From Oscillospiraceae bacterium (GTDB taxonomy: Bacteria; Bacillota; Clostridia; UBA1212; SIG427): a stretch of 64,000 nt of DNA. Shown here piece by piece: positions 30,533-41,410 of the stretch. The position numbers were made by a program, and so were the translations under genes. Positions within the stretch are counted from its first letter, which is position 1; each line of letters begins with the position of its first letter. Location: the NCBI GenBank assembly GCA_015069135.1, contig SVJE01000009.1, forward strand, positions 2,033 to 66,032, read 5' to 3'. The notes below the pieces were generated by a model. That model searched no databases. It was not told the DNA's origin and was given only the letters and a program-made list of their open reading frames with translations.

Positions 30533-31516
30533 TTAATTATTTGCTTTATCCAGATTGTGACAAGCAACAAAATGTCCGGGCTTAACTTCTTTAAACTCAG
30601 GCATTGATTCTGCACAAGCTTCTGTTGCATAAGGGCAACGTGTACGGAACGGACAACCAGAAGGAGCATTCAACGGACTTGGAATATCTCCGGAAAGTAC
30701 AATACGCTGATTACTTCTTGCAACAACAGGATCCGGTACAGGTACTGCAGATAACAAAGACTGAGAATAAGGATGCATCGGATTATCATATATTTCAGCT
30801 GCATCAGCAAGCTCAACCATTTTACCCAAATACATAACTGCGATTCGATCACTGATATGTCTTACAACCAAAAGGTCATGAGCAATAAACAAATATGTAA
30901 GACCCAATTTATCCTGAAGCTCATCCAACATATTAATAACCTGGGCCTGAATAGACACGTCCAAAGCAGATACAGGTTCATCACAAACAATAAAGTCAGG
31001 CTCTAATGCCAAAGCTCTTGCAATACCGATTCTCTGTCTCTGTCCACCGGAGAATTCATGAGCGTAACGTGAAGCATGTTCACTGTTAAGACCAACCTTC
31101 TCCATAAGGTCTAGAATCTTTTCCATTCTTTCTTTTTTATTAGCGTACATTTTATGTACATCCAAAGGCTCACCAATAATATCGGAAATAGTCATTCTTG
31201 GATTCAAAGATGAGTAGGGATCCTGGAATACCATTGTAGCCTTCTTACGGAAGTTTTTAATATCTTCCTTTGTCTTAATCTGTTTGCCATTGTACCACAC
31301 TTCGCCGTCAGTTGGCTTATATAAGTGTAAAATGGTACGTCCTACAGTTGTTTTACCGCAACCGGATTCACCAACCAGACCTAATGTTTCACCCTTTTTA
31401 ATAGCAAATGAAACATCGTCAACAGCCTTAAGTGGTTTGCTCTTGAACAAACCCATGTTTATGTTAAAATACTGTTTTAAATTCTTAATTTCTATAAGTG
31501 GCTGACCGTTACTCAT
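30533..31516 (-). CDS. oppF: Oligopeptide ABC transporter ATP-binding protein
   Basis: [42 protein letters not shown]. Confidence 0.93.
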   Translation of the reverse strand: MSNGQPLIEIKNLKQYFNINMGLFKSKPLKAVDDVSFAIKKGETLGLVGESGCGKTTVGRTILHLYKPTDGEVWYNGKQIKTKEDIKNFRKKATMVFQDPYSSLNPRMTISDIIGEPLDVHKMYANKKERMEKILDLMEKVGLNSEHASRYAHEFSGGQRQRIGIARALALEPDFIVCDEPVSALDVSIQAQVINMLDELQDKLGLTYLFIAHDLLVVRHISDRIAVMYLGKMVELADAAEIYDNPMHPYSQSLLSAVPVPDPVVARSNQRIVLSGDIPSPLNAPSGCPFRTRCPYATEACAESMPEFKEVKPGHFVACHNLDKANN

Positions 31517-32550
31517 TCTGCGTCACCCTCCTTTTCAACTTCTTCGTCAAGCTGACTACTCAATGTCATGGAACCATCTTCCACACCTGCTTTAACATTC
31601 ATCCAGCAAGCCGCCATATGATTTTCATTAATTGTCATACGCTGACAACGCTCATCCAGACAAATCTTCATAGCTGCGTCACATCTTGGAGCAAAAGGAC
31701 AACCTTTAGGCATATTCAAAAGGTCAATAGGAGTACCTGTTATAGGCTGCAATCGCTGGCCTGCTGTATTTGCAGTAGGAATAGATCTTAACAAGCCTTT
31801 TGTGTACTCATGTTTCGGATTATAAAAAATCTCATCAGCAGTACCCTGCTCACAGATAGAGCCAGCATACATAACAATTACTTCATCACAAAGCTGAGCC
31901 ACAACACCCAGATCATGAGTAATCATAATAATCGCCATACCTAATTCTTTCTGCAAATCTTTCATAAGTTCAAGAATCTGGGCCTGAATTGTAACGTCAA
32001 GAGCAGTTGTAGGTTCATCGGCAATAAGGATATCCGGCTCACAAGCCAAAGCCATAGCAATCATTATACGCTGTCTCATTCCACCTGATAACTCATGCGG
32101 ATACTGCTTCATTCGTTTTTCCGGCTCATTAATATTAACGAGACGAATCATTTCGATTGCTCTTTCACGAGCCTGTTGTTTATTTCTATTTGTATGCAAC
32201 AAAATTGCCTCAGTTAACTGATGGCCAATAGTATATGTTGGATTCAAAGATGTCATAGGATCCTGGAAGATAATAGAAATTTTGTTACCACGGACGGTCT
32301 TCATAACCTTTTCACCGGAGTTAACCAGCTCTTCTCCATCTAACTTGATAGAACCACCTACAATCTTACCTGTACTGGCAAGAATCTGCATTATGGAGTA
32401 AGCCGTAACTGATTTACCTGAACCGGACTCACCTACGATTCCTAATACTTTTCCTCTTTCCAAATTAAATGAAACACCGTTTACAGCCCTAACCTCACCT
32501 GCAGGGGTGAAAAAGGATGTTCTTAAATCTTTAACTTCTAATAATGCCAT
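31513..32550 (-). CDS. oppD: Oligopeptide ABC transporter ATP-binding protein
   Basis: GESGSGKSVT, FQDPMTSLNP, LSGGMRQR, ADEPTTALDVTIQAQ. Confidence 0.93.
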   Translation of the reverse strand: MALLEVKDLRTSFFTPAGEVRAVNGVSFNLERGKVLGIVGESGSGKSVTAYSIMQILASTGKIVGGSIKLDGEELVNSGEKVMKTVRGNKISIIFQDPMTSLNPTYTIGHQLTEAILLHTNRNKQQARERAIEMIRLVNINEPEKRMKQYPHELSGGMRQRIMIAMALACEPDILIADEPTTALDVTIQAQILELMKDLQKELGMAIIMITHDLGVVAQLCDEVIVMYAGSICEQGTADEIFYNPKHEYTKGLLRSIPTANTAGQRLQPITGTPIDLLNMPKGCPFAPRCDAAMKICLDERCQRMTINENHMAACWMNVKAGVEDGSMTLSSQLDEEVEKEGDAE

Positions 32551-32570
32551 ACTTCTTCACTTCCTTTCAA

Positions 32571-33623
32571 TTATCTAAGTTTAGGGTCAAATGCGTCTCT
32601 TAATCCATCACCTAACAAGTTAAGTGAAAGAACTATAAGCGAAATAACAATTGCGGGGATGATAAGTCTTGAAGGATAAGACTGCAATCCGTTAAGTGCG
32701 TCAGATGCCAAAGAGCCCAAAGATGGCATTGGTGCATTTACACCTAATCCAAGGAAGGACAAATAGCTTTCTGTAAAAATAGCACTTGGAATCTGCAATG
32801 CAGTAGAAATAATTACCACACTGATACAGTTAGGAATCAGGTGCTTAGTAATAATCCAACGACTCTTAGCACCTACAGCCTGAGCTGCAAGTACATATTC
32901 CTGCTCACGTAAAGCCAAAATTTGACCTCTGATAAGACGGGACATGGAAACCCAATACAAAAGTCCAAAAACAATAAACAAACTAATCATGTTACTTCCA
33001 AGCTTAGCAAGTATAGTACCTTCAATAACCGGTTCCAATGTAGTCTTAAGCACTGTTGATAAAAGGATTACCATCAGCATATCCGGCAATGAGTAAATAA
33101 TGTCAACTAATCTCATGATTATAATATCCACTTTACCACCAATATATCCTGCCAAAGAACCTATGGTAAGACCAATGATAAGTACTATAATACTAGCAAA
33201 GAAACCTACGGCCAATGAAATTCTGGTTCCGTATACTACACGGATAAAATAATCTCGACCCTGATTATCTGTACCAAAAACATGAGGAAATACATCCTCA
33301 CCTGCATCAAGCATTGCCTGCTCTGTTGCACCGTATTCAAAAGGCCCCAGATTATTATATGAACTATCTACCGGTTTACCAGGTGTAATTCCCAACATGG
33401 TATCATACTGGTATGGCCAGAAAAAAGGAAGAATTATTGATGAAAGTGCAATTATTATCACAATAAACAAACTTACTGTAGCCACTTTGTTCTTAAGGAG
33501 TCTCTTAATACCATCCTTAAGGAATGTAGATGACTCTCGCATCTGGACCATATATTTTTTATCATCTTCTGTTGCCGGAATAAAGGCATCTAAATCTGTA
33601 TGCAGACTGAAAATTTTCTTCAT
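32571..33623 (-). CDS. oppC: Oligopeptide ABC transporter permease
   Basis: FGTDNQGRD, EYVLAAQAVGA, ESYLSFLGLG, GDGLRDAFDPK. Confidence 0.93.
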   Translation of the reverse strand: MKKIFSLHTDLDAFIPATEDDKKYMVQMRESSTFLKDGIKRLLKNKVATVSLFIVIIIALSSIILPFFWPYQYDTMLGITPGKPVDSSYNNLGPFEYGATEQAMLDAGEDVFPHVFGTDNQGRDYFIRVVYGTRISLAVGFFASIIVLIIGLTIGSLAGYIGGKVDIIIMRLVDIIYSLPDMLMVILLSTVLKTTLEPVIEGTILAKLGSNMISLFIVFGLLYWVSMSRLIRGQILALREQEYVLAAQAVGAKSRWIITKHLIPNCISVVIISTALQIPSAIFTESYLSFLGLGVNAPMPSLGSLASDALNGLQSYPSRLIIPAIVISLIVLSLNLLGDGLRDAFDPKLR

Positions 33624-33643
33624 AATAGCTCACCTCTCTTCGC

Positions 33644-34573
33644 TTATTCCAGATTGATTCTTGGGTCAACAACCTTATAAAGAATATCACTTACAAGGTT
33701 CATAACCACAATCAGGATAGCCAATACAATAGTAGTTCCCATAATCATAGGATAGTCTCTGTCATTAATACTGCTTACAAAAGCACGTCCGATACCCGGA
33801 ACTGCAAAGATTCTCTCTACAACCAAAGAACCTGTAACTATATAGGCAAGCATTGGTCCGAAATATGTAATAACCGGAATCAAAGAATTCTTAAGAGCGT
33901 GTCCGAAGATAATCTTCCATTTAGAAACACCTTTTGCTCTCGCTGTTCTTATATAATCCTGACCAAGAACATCCAACATGGAAGATCTGGTCAATCTGGT
34001 AATATACGCCATAGGATATAAGGCCAACGTAATAATCGGCAATATAAGTCCACCATCTGCTGCACCGTTAGCCGGTACCCAACCTAAGGTAACAGCAAAC
34101 AACATTAGTAAAAGAACACCCATTACAAAAGAAGGCATAGATACAAACGCTGTTGTAATAACCATTATAACCTTATCTATAATCTTATTACGACGAAGTG
34201 CCGCTACAGCACCTAACACAATACCTGTAATCAGTGCACTGAAGGCCGCAGTAAGACCCAAAGGAATGGAAGTCTCCATGCCGTCAACAATAATCTCAAT
34301 TACGTCTCTACCACGATTTTTGATGGATGGACCAAAATCAAATGCAGTCACTATATCCTTAAGATATGTTGTATACTGTTCAAAAACCGGTTTATCCAAA
34401 CCATATTTAGCTTCCAAAGCAGCCTGCGCCTCAGCAGAAATAGCTTTTTCACTCATAAAAGGACCACCCGGTATTGCACGTGTAACAAAAAACGTTACAG
34501 TGATAACTACCCAAACTGTTAATATTGCAAGTAACAACCTTTTTAAAATGTATTGCAATGTCTTACTATTCAA
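33644..34573 (-). CDS. oppB: Oligopeptide ABC transporter permease
   Basis: PGGPF, YGLDKP, DYIRTARAKG, HALKNS, RDYP, DPRI. Confidence 0.93.
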   Translation of the reverse strand: MNSKTLQYILKRLLLAILTVWVVITVTFFVTRAIPGGPFMSEKAISAEAQAALEAKYGLDKPVFEQYTTYLKDIVTAFDFGPSIKNRGRDVIEIIVDGMETSIPLGLTAAFSALITGIVLGAVAALRRNKIIDKVIMVITTAFVSMPSFVMGVLLLMLFAVTLGWVPANGAADGGLILPIITLALYPMAYITRLTRSSMLDVLGQDYIRTARAKGVSKWKIIFGHALKNSLIPVITYFGPMLAYIVTGSLVVERIFAVPGIGRAFVSSINDRDYPMIMGTTIVLAILIVVMNLVSDILYKVVDPRINLE

Positions 34574-34893
34574 AAAAATCCCGCCAATTCATTTAATAAT
34601 ATAATAATTCGTTCCGACCTGTTACATTACACACAAACCCGAACGATAATAATTCTCAACAATTATAATACAAATATGACTAAAAGGCAAATTTTTTTTT
34701 ACCACTTTAATGTGAAAAAATATTCTTCATTCAATACTCTCATTAAATTTAACCATATGTATAATAATCTCGCTTTTGTCGTTTGTATTGAAAAAATTCT
34801 CTGAAACACCTTAATTTCCTTCCACTTCTTTTCAAGTTTTATGAAACCAGAGTATAGAAATTAATTTTATTCGTTTACTTTCAATAATGTCCA

Positions 34894-35532
34894 CTAATTT
34901 TCAACCTTTGATTTTGGTAAACTCCATCTAAAATGTGCCGCAAGAAAACGCAAAACAATTACTACAACACTACCTGTAATCATAGCCAACACTTCTCCGG
35001 TAAAATTCCACACCAGGCAACAGACCAGAGCACCTATTATAGAGGCACAGGCATAAAAATGTTTTACAAATACATATGGAGTGTTGCCGGCCAGAATATC
35101 ACGAAGAATTCCACCGCCCACACCGGTAATAACGCCTACAAAAACCAGAAGAAATATACTGTGGTCAGAGGACTGCCCGTAAGCAGTACGGATTCCTATT
35201 ACAGTAAAAATTCCCAGTCCCAGAGAATCCATTATCAGCATTGTCAAATCATATATGCGATAATTTTTATTGAACATTTTCTGGACAAAAGGAAAAAACA
35301 CAATTATCGCCGCGCAAATGGCAACAAGGGCATAAGTCGGATTGCAGAAAGTTGCAGGTGGCGTAATTCCTAACACCAAATCTCTTATAACGCCACCACC
35401 AACAGCTGTAACAAGCCCCAGAAGAGTAACGCCCAATATGTCCATATTCTTTTTAAGACCGGTCATTGCACCTGACACAGCAAAAGCAATAGTACCAATT
35501 ATTTCAAAAGCCAAAACCAAAGTTTCAAACAT
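34894..35532 (-). CDS. Trimeric intracellular cation channel / UPF0126 family membrane protein
   Basis: Duplicated TAVGGGVIRD / TGVGGGILRD repeats. Confidence 0.88.
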   Translation of the reverse strand: MFETLVLAFEIIGTIAFAVSGAMTGLKKNMDILGVTLLGLVTAVGGGVIRDLVLGITPPATFCNPTYALVAICAAIIVFFPFVQKMFNKNYRIYDLTMLIMDSLGLGIFTVIGIRTAYGQSSDHSIFLLVFVGVITGVGGGILRDILAGNTPYVFVKHFYACASIIGALVCCLVWNFTGEVLAMITGSVVVIVLRFLAAHFRWSLPKSKVEN

Positions 35533-35640
35533 TATATTCCCCTGTTTTTCATAAATAATACAATAATATAATATGACACAACCAGCCCTGAATCAATATA
35601 AAAAAGAGACCTCCCACAAGAAGCCCCTTTGATAAACATA

Positions 35641-36648
35641 TTACAACAGTCTGATTCCGTTTTCTTTACAAATTCTGTGGGTCTCTTCATCCCACAATGA
35701 AACCTGAACTTCCCCGATATGAGCCTTATCCAACAGTAACATAGAAAGTCTTGACTGACCAATACCGCCACCCATTGTTAAAGGTAACTTACCTTCCAGA
35801 AGTTGTTTATGGAAAGGAAGATTTCTTCTATCATCAGCACCGGCTTCCCTTAATTGTCTGTCCATGGACTCTTCATCAACTCTTATGCCCATTGAAGAGA
35901 TCTCCAATGCAGCATCTAATTTTTCATCCCAGAAGAAAATATCCCCGTTAAGTTCCCAGTCATCATAGTCAGGAGCTCTACCGTCATGCTTTTCACCGGA
36001 GCGAAGCACCTTACCAATCTGCATTATAAACGCAGTCTTGTGTTCCTTAACGTAAAGATTCTCTCTCTCCTTAGAAGTCTTATCAGGATACATATCCTCA
36101 AGTTCCTGTGCTGTGATAAATGATACTTCCCTTTCCAGATTAACATTCAACTGGGGATAACGACACTTTAAAATATCCAGTGTTTCGCAAATAGCACCTA
36201 CAATACACTTTACAACATTTTTAAGATACTCTGTGTTACGGGTTTCTTTTGTAATAATTTTCTCCCAATCCCACTGATCTGTATAAACAGAATGAGTATT
36301 ATCAAGAACCTCGTCGCGGCGGATAGCATTCATATCTGCATATAAACCTTCTCCCGGACCAAACTCATAATCTCTTAAAGCAATTCTCTTCCATTTAGCC
36401 AGAGAATGCACAATAACTGCAGGAATATCTGTTTCTTTAATGCTGAACTCAACAGGTCTCTCAACACCACTCAAGTCATCATTCATACCTGTCGTGGGGT
36501 TTACAAACAAAGGAGCAGAAACACGCTTAAGATTAAGAGCCAGACAAAGCTTCTCTTCAAAAGTTCTTTTCAGTATACCTATAGCAGTCTGGGTATCATA
36601 AATATCCAGCACCGGCTTATAGTCCTTTGGTACATATACCTTACTCAT
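35641..36648 (-). CDS. asnA: Aspartate-ammonia ligase (asparagine synthetase A)
   Basis: VHSLAKWKR, HSVYTDQWDWEK, HDGRAPDYDDW, GGGIGQSR, HIGEVQ. Confidence 0.97.
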   Translation of the reverse strand: MSKVYVPKDYKPVLDIYDTQTAIGILKRTFEEKLCLALNLKRVSAPLFVNPTTGMNDDLSGVERPVEFSIKETDIPAVIVHSLAKWKRIALRDYEFGPGEGLYADMNAIRRDEVLDNTHSVYTDQWDWEKIITKETRNTEYLKNVVKCIVGAICETLDILKCRYPQLNVNLEREVSFITAQELEDMYPDKTSKERENLYVKEHKTAFIMQIGKVLRSGEKHDGRAPDYDDWELNGDIFFWDEKLDAALEISSMGIRVDEESMDRQLREAGADDRRNLPFHKQLLEGKLPLTMGGGIGQSRLSMLLLDKAHIGEVQVSLWDEETHRICKENGIRLL

Positions 36649-36660
36649 AAGACCTCCATT

Positions 36661-38037
36661 TTACAGGCTACCAACTGTTCTTGGGAACAACAATGTATCT
36701 CTGATGTTCTGAACACCTGTAATATACATAAGCATACGGTCAAAACCAAGACCGAAACCGGCGTGAGGAACACTACCGTATTTTCTGGTATCAAGATATT
36801 CCTGATACATTTCAACAGGCATGTTACGCTTCTCCATAGCTTCAATAAGCTTATCGTAATCAGCTTCTCTTTCGCTACAACCGATGATTTCACCAATTCC
36901 CGGAACCAGAAGGTCTGTAGCAGCAACTGTCTTTCCGTCAGGATTTTGCTTCATGTAAAATGACTTAATGTCTTTAGGATAATTAACAACGAACACAGGT
37001 TTTTTAAAATGTTCTTCTGTCAGATACTTTTCATGCTCTGTCTGAAGGTCTGCCCCCCACTCAACAGCATACTTAAAGTCCTGACCGGATGCTTTAAGAA
37101 TTTCAACAGCATCTGTATAGTCTAATTTAACAAAGTCATTAGCAATAACTGTGTTAAGCTTATCTTTAAGACCTTTTTCAACCCACGCATCAAAGAAATC
37201 AATTTCTTCAGGACAGTTATCCATTACGTCCTTGATGATGTATTTAATAAAGTCTTCAGCAATTTCAATAATATCGTTAATATCACAGAAACAAACTTCA
37301 GGTTCAACGTGCCAGAACTCCGCTGCATGTCTTGTAGTATTACTGTGCTCTGCACGGAATGTAGGTCCGAAGGTATAAATCTTACCAAGACCCATAGCAG
37401 CCATCTCGCCTTCCAGCTGAGCAGATACTGTAAGGCCGGCCTTTTTACCAAAGAAATCGTCAGCATAGTACTCATCCTCTTTTGTATACTCTGTTGCCCA
37501 AGGATGTGTTGTTACTCTGAACATTTCACCTGCGCCCTCACAGTCACTACCTGTGATAATAGGAGCATGAATATACTTGTATCCGTTCTTGTGGAAATAA
37601 TTGTGTATAGAAATTGAAAGCTGATGTCTTACAGCAAAAACAGCTTCAAAATATCTGGCTCTCACACGAAGATGAGGAATAGTGCGCAAATATTCCAATG
37701 TATGTCTCTTCTTCTGTAAAGGATACTCAGGAGGACAAGTCCCCAGCACTGTAATATCAGTGATGTTTATTTCATAACCATTTTTAGGAGAAGGAATAAA
37801 CACACCCTTTACACACAAAGATGTACCAACCATCAAAGCTTCCTTTAAATTATCAGTATTAACCTTGTCTTTTTCAACAATCAGCTGAATATTCTTTAGA
37901 CAGGTTCCGTCATTAAGCTCTATGAAAGATATGCCCTTGGAGTCTCTCGCTGTTCTGACCCAACCGCATACTGTTACATTCTTATTAACAAAATCTTCTG
38001 CTTTTTCAAAAAGTACTTTAACATCAATATGCTTCAT
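36661..38037 (-). CDS. asnS: Asparagine-tRNA ligase
   Basis: GWVRT.R, YPLQKK, LTVSAQL, FGPTFRAE.S.T.RH.AEFW, DLQTEHE, FYMKQN, PHAGFGLG; start trimmed to MKH (SD GGAGGTG). Confidence 0.96.
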   Translation of the reverse strand: MKHIDVKVLFEKAEDFVNKNVTVCGWVRTARDSKGISFIELNDGTCLKNIQLIVEKDKVNTDNLKEALMVGTSLCVKGVFIPSPKNGYEINITDITVLGTCPPEYPLQKKRHTLEYLRTIPHLRVRARYFEAVFAVRHQLSISIHNYFHKNGYKYIHAPIITGSDCEGAGEMFRVTTHPWATEYTKEDEYYADDFFGKKAGLTVSAQLEGEMAAMGLGKIYTFGPTFRAEHSNTTRHAAEFWHVEPEVCFCDINDIIEIAEDFIKYIIKDVMDNCPEEIDFFDAWVEKGLKDKLNTVIANDFVKLDYTDAVEILKASGQDFKYAVEWGADLQTEHEKYLTEEHFKKPVFVVNYPKDIKSFYMKQNPDGKTVAATDLLVPGIGEIIGCSEREADYDKLIEAMEKRNMPVEMYQEYLDTRKYGSVPHAGFGLGFDRMLMYITGVQNIRDTLLFPRTVGSL

Positions 38038-38112
38038 TTTAAGCACCTCCATTTAGTGTAAGAAGCAATTTTACAATTTATCCTGTAATTATATCCCTTT
38101 TTTATCCATAAA

Positions 38113-39354
38113 TCAACATTTTCTGAAGTAGCTATAGTAAAGCCATAACACAGTATATCTGTCCTTAAGATCTTTGGCATACAAAACACCATCTCTGATT
38201 TTACTTTCACCGTAAAATTCCTTGAATTTCTCAAAATCAAGATTCACCTTTTCAAGCATCGCCATAACTTTTTCTGGTGTGGGTGCTTCCTGTAAAATAG
38301 CATAAATTTGTTTGCGTTTTTTCTTTATTGTTTCTCTATCATCCATTGTATACCAGCCCAATTTATTCTGAAGACTTATCACTCCCGGTGCAACCGGACC
38401 GTATATATTTTTAATAGCGGTTTCCCATTTTCCTTTTGAAAATTCCCGTTTAACAGGTTTGTTCTCTAAAATAGTCTGTCTTAACTCTGCAGTAATTACA
38501 GAAGAATATGCCACATCTATTCCATGAGGATAGTATTTCTCTCCATTAACAATTCCTGTAATCTCAAAATAATGTGACAAATGATGTTCGCTTCCTGACG
38601 CAGGTCTGGAATTTCCTACATAGCTCATGGCAACACCAACATCCAAAAGAGCCTTCATAAGAGTTTCCACACTTTCAGGATCTCTTTTCAGAACGCCTGC
38701 TCCTAAAGATTCAACTTTTTTCGCAGCTTCATATGTCATGTTATATATTTCCTCACAGAAATATTCTTCATTTATCAAGGCACTGAGTTTCCAGTCGTTA
38801 AGACACGAATATTTGCCAATTATATCTCCATAACCGGCCTGAAGCATCTCCATAGGAGCTTTCACAAGCACATCTGTATCGGCTATTACCACTAAAGGTG
38901 GCCTTGCGTTAAGGGTAACTTTCATACCTTCAAGAATAAGTGCTGCCCCAACAGAAACATAACCGTCCATAGACGGGGCTGTTGCAACTATATAATATGG
39001 CAGATCATGCTGAAAACTTATGTGCTTACAAAGGTCGTTTATTACACCTGAGCCAACACCTACAATCAAATCTGTGTCAGTTTTTTCAAGTTCCGATTCC
39101 AGCTCTGCAATAGCTTTTTCATCCGGCACCAGGACTTTACCTTTATTGTAAAATGTATAATTATAAGCCAACTTGTCTTCCAACAAAGAAAAAACCTTTT
39201 TACCGCAAACCTCCCAAGTGTTTTCATCAGATACAAGAAGGATTTTACTATAATCTTTGCACAGTTCATGAAGCTTAGCTAAAGCCCCTGCCCCTGTCTC
39301 AATATGTTCTACAGGGCATGTGTGTATCATACCGCAATTACATTTTTTTATCAT
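38113..39354 (-). CDS. egsA: sn-glycerol-1-phosphate dehydrogenase (AraM/EgsA family)
   Basis: CNCG..H N-terminus, GVGSGVINDLCK, TAPSMDGY, AGYGDIIGK, SRPASGSEHHLSHY, HG. Confidence 0.85.
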   Translation of the reverse strand: MIKKCNCGMIHTCPVEHIETGAGALAKLHELCKDYSKILLVSDENTWEVCGKKVFSLLEDKLAYNYTFYNKGKVLVPDEKAIAELESELEKTDTDLIVGVGSGVINDLCKHISFQHDLPYYIVATAPSMDGYVSVGAALILEGMKVTLNARPPLVVIADTDVLVKAPMEMLQAGYGDIIGKYSCLNDWKLSALINEEYFCEEIYNMTYEAAKKVESLGAGVLKRDPESVETLMKALLDVGVAMSYVGNSRPASGSEHHLSHYFEITGIVNGEKYYPHGIDVAYSSVITAELRQTILENKPVKREFSKGKWETAIKNIYGPVAPGVISLQNKLGWYTMDDRETIKKKRKQIYAILQEAPTPEKVMAMLEKVNLDFEKFKEFYGESKIRDGVLYAKDLKDRYTVLWLYYSYFRKC

Positions 39355-40307
39355 TGTAACACCTCTGTAAAATTGCCATTTTCATATTTGTAAAGCTGCA
39401 CGTTGGTACCGTACCCTTTTTCATTTTTAAAGTCTCTTGAAAAATAGAAATATCCGTCACCTAAAGAAATCATACCTGTTGCACCATATGGAAAAAATGA
39501 ACCCGGAATATTCTTTTTATCTGAGCTCCAATTTATATGGAACATTGTGTAATTAGGAAACTGTGGTTTTTCACCTCTGTATACGGCAGCAAACATGGTA
39601 TCGGTATATGGGTCATACTCTAAGTTCTGAATACCATAAACAGTGTTTCCTGTGTAGACAAAATATTTATAATCAGGTTTTTCAGGACCGGATTTATGCA
39701 TAGCATTCTGATTAAGAGGTTTTGCATATTTGTCCCAGTTTCCCACGTCGTATTTCAGTATTATCTGATTATCGTTATCATCACGGTTAACATCACCATA
39801 AATACCGTATGCAACATGAAGATACATTTTACCGTGAAGATTTCCCGGGTCAGGAGCAAAAGTTGTACCGTCAATCCCACTACAACCATAACGGTGTCCA
39901 TCTGCCAGATAGTCATCACATACTTCCTTTAAGTACACAGCTTTCATAACTCCATCTTTTTCAGCATCCATACCGGGACAATTAATTTTATCAACATCAA
40001 ATATGGTCATATAGAAACCTTCTTCCGGTTTGGTTTCAAGACCTAGACCTGCAAGAATTCCGGCTCCGATGCAATCATTTTTAAATTCCAAAGAGCCGTA
40101 AACTTTTCCATCGTCATAGTTATAGGCTATACAACCAAGATGCCCCACTAAACCTTCAACAGTACCTATTATATTACCCTTCATATCTGTTTTAACCAAA
40201 CAGGTGGTGAAAGAAAAATACATATATTCTCTACTTTTATCAATAGCAATTCCCTGAACATGACCGCCTTTAAAACCTTCAACTGTTAAATTGTTAATAT
40301 ATTCCAT
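39351..40307 (-). CDS. Hypothetical protein (beta-propeller-like)
   Basis: Open frame with SD GGGAGG; HVQGIA, GHLGC, YGCSGIDG, YGIQNLEYD motifs; ATGA-coupled to G1P dehydrogenase. Confidence 0.7.
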   Translation of the reverse strand: MEYINNLTVEGFKGGHVQGIAIDKSREYMYFSFTTCLVKTDMKGNIIGTVEGLVGHLGCIAYNYDDGKVYGSLEFKNDCIGAGILAGLGLETKPEEGFYMTIFDVDKINCPGMDAEKDGVMKAVYLKEVCDDYLADGHRYGCSGIDGTTFAPDPGNLHGKMYLHVAYGIYGDVNRDDNDNQIILKYDVGNWDKYAKPLNQNAMHKSGPEKPDYKYFVYTGNTVYGIQNLEYDPYTDTMFAAVYRGEKPQFPNYTMFHINWSSDKKNIPGSFFPYGATGMISLGDGYFYFSRDFKNEKGYGTNVQLYKYENGNFTEVLQ

Positions 40308-40376
40308 AAAAGCCCTCCCGTATGTGTATTTTATAACATCACAGAAAGGTAGTGTCAACTTTGTAACATTAATGTT

Positions 40377-40548
40377 TACACCCAAAACGATAAAAAAACA
40401 TCTTGGGTTCCCTTTTGGTCAAAAAATCGTTGATTTTGCTAAATTACAGGAACCCATACAAAACAATCCAGGGTGTTTGGATGCCTTTTTTTCTTTGTTT
40501 TTTTTAAAAAAGGAACCCAAAAGCCACTTTCTGTAACTATTGGATTCC
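40377..40548. repeat. Intergenic palindrome array B (3 units, same core as array A)
   Basis: Units 40377-40411, 40449-40485, 40512-40548 (35, 37, 37 bp). Confidence 0.85.
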
Positions 40549-40560
40549 CTTCAAATCAAA

Positions 40561-41409
40561 TCAATATCTTGCCGTATACTTTTGAACTCCAAGTATTGTC
40601 TCTCCGTCAATTTGTAATGCTCTCGGACTTGTAAACTCAACTGTTATTTCATGGCCGGTAATAACCTCTACCATCTTAGTGCGCTTAACATGTTCACCCT
40701 TAAATATCGAAGGAAAAACTATCAATGTTCTGAGTTTACCGCTGCCATGAAACATAACTAAAGAAAGTAGCTTATCACTGTTATTTCTTTTCTGTTCCGG
40801 AGCTGCATTCATACCACCGCCATAGAACCTTCCGTGCATAGTAGGAGCAATCCATACCTTTTTATACTTTTTGGTTACCCCATCTACAGTTACTACAGCA
40901 TCTGTTGGCTTGTAACCATACAAAAGACCTTTAATTGCAATAGAAGTATAATTCACTTTATCAGCGCCTTCTGCTTTCAGCTTGTCACCAACTTCACAGC
41001 AATAACCATCTATGCCGTAACCTACTCCGTTAATAAAACGATATGTTTTTCCTTTGACTTCTACAGTTGGTAGATCCGTTAAGTATTCTTTGACAGAAAA
41101 AGGTGCACAAGCTTTTTTCTTTCCTAAATCCAAAGCAAAATCATTTCCTGTTCCTACAGGGAAATAAAGAATTTCACCTTTGTAATCTAGAGCTTCCGTA
41201 TCGTTCACAAAACGATTTAATGTGCCGTCGCCTCCACAGATTATAATAAACTCATTTTCCTCAAGCCCTGACAAGAATACTTTATAGTTTGTAATTTTAT
41301 TAATTTCAATATATTCAAGTTCTGCTTCCGTAAGAGTAGCCAGGGCTTTAATCTCTTCTATAACGTTGTTACCGGCCTTTGTGTTATAAAGTACATATCC
41401 TTTTTTCAT
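40561..41409 (-). CDS. Diacylglycerol/lipid kinase family protein
   Basis: GGDGTLN, P.GTGNDF, GRFYGGG, QIDGE. Confidence 0.9.
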   Translation of the reverse strand: MKKGYVLYNTKAGNNVIEEIKALATLTEAELEYIEINKITNYKVFLSGLEENEFIIICGGDGTLNRFVNDTEALDYKGEILYFPVGTGNDFALDLGKKKACAPFSVKEYLTDLPTVEVKGKTYRFINGVGYGIDGYCCEVGDKLKAEGADKVNYTSIAIKGLLYGYKPTDAVVTVDGVTKKYKKVWIAPTMHGRFYGGGMNAAPEQKRNNSDKLLSLVMFHGSGKLRTLIVFPSIFKGEHVKRTKMVEVITGHEITVEFTSPRALQIDGETILGVQKYTARY

Positions 41410-41410
41410 T

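Noticed and set aside
33978-34604. Long antisense ORFs opposite membrane-protein genes (here and at 15791, 23436, 54161 etc.)
   Set aside because: Shadow frames of well-supported genes on the other strand
38038-38112. T-box leader for asnS-asnA
   Set aside because: Only 75 nt of intergenic space and no T-box motif or terminator
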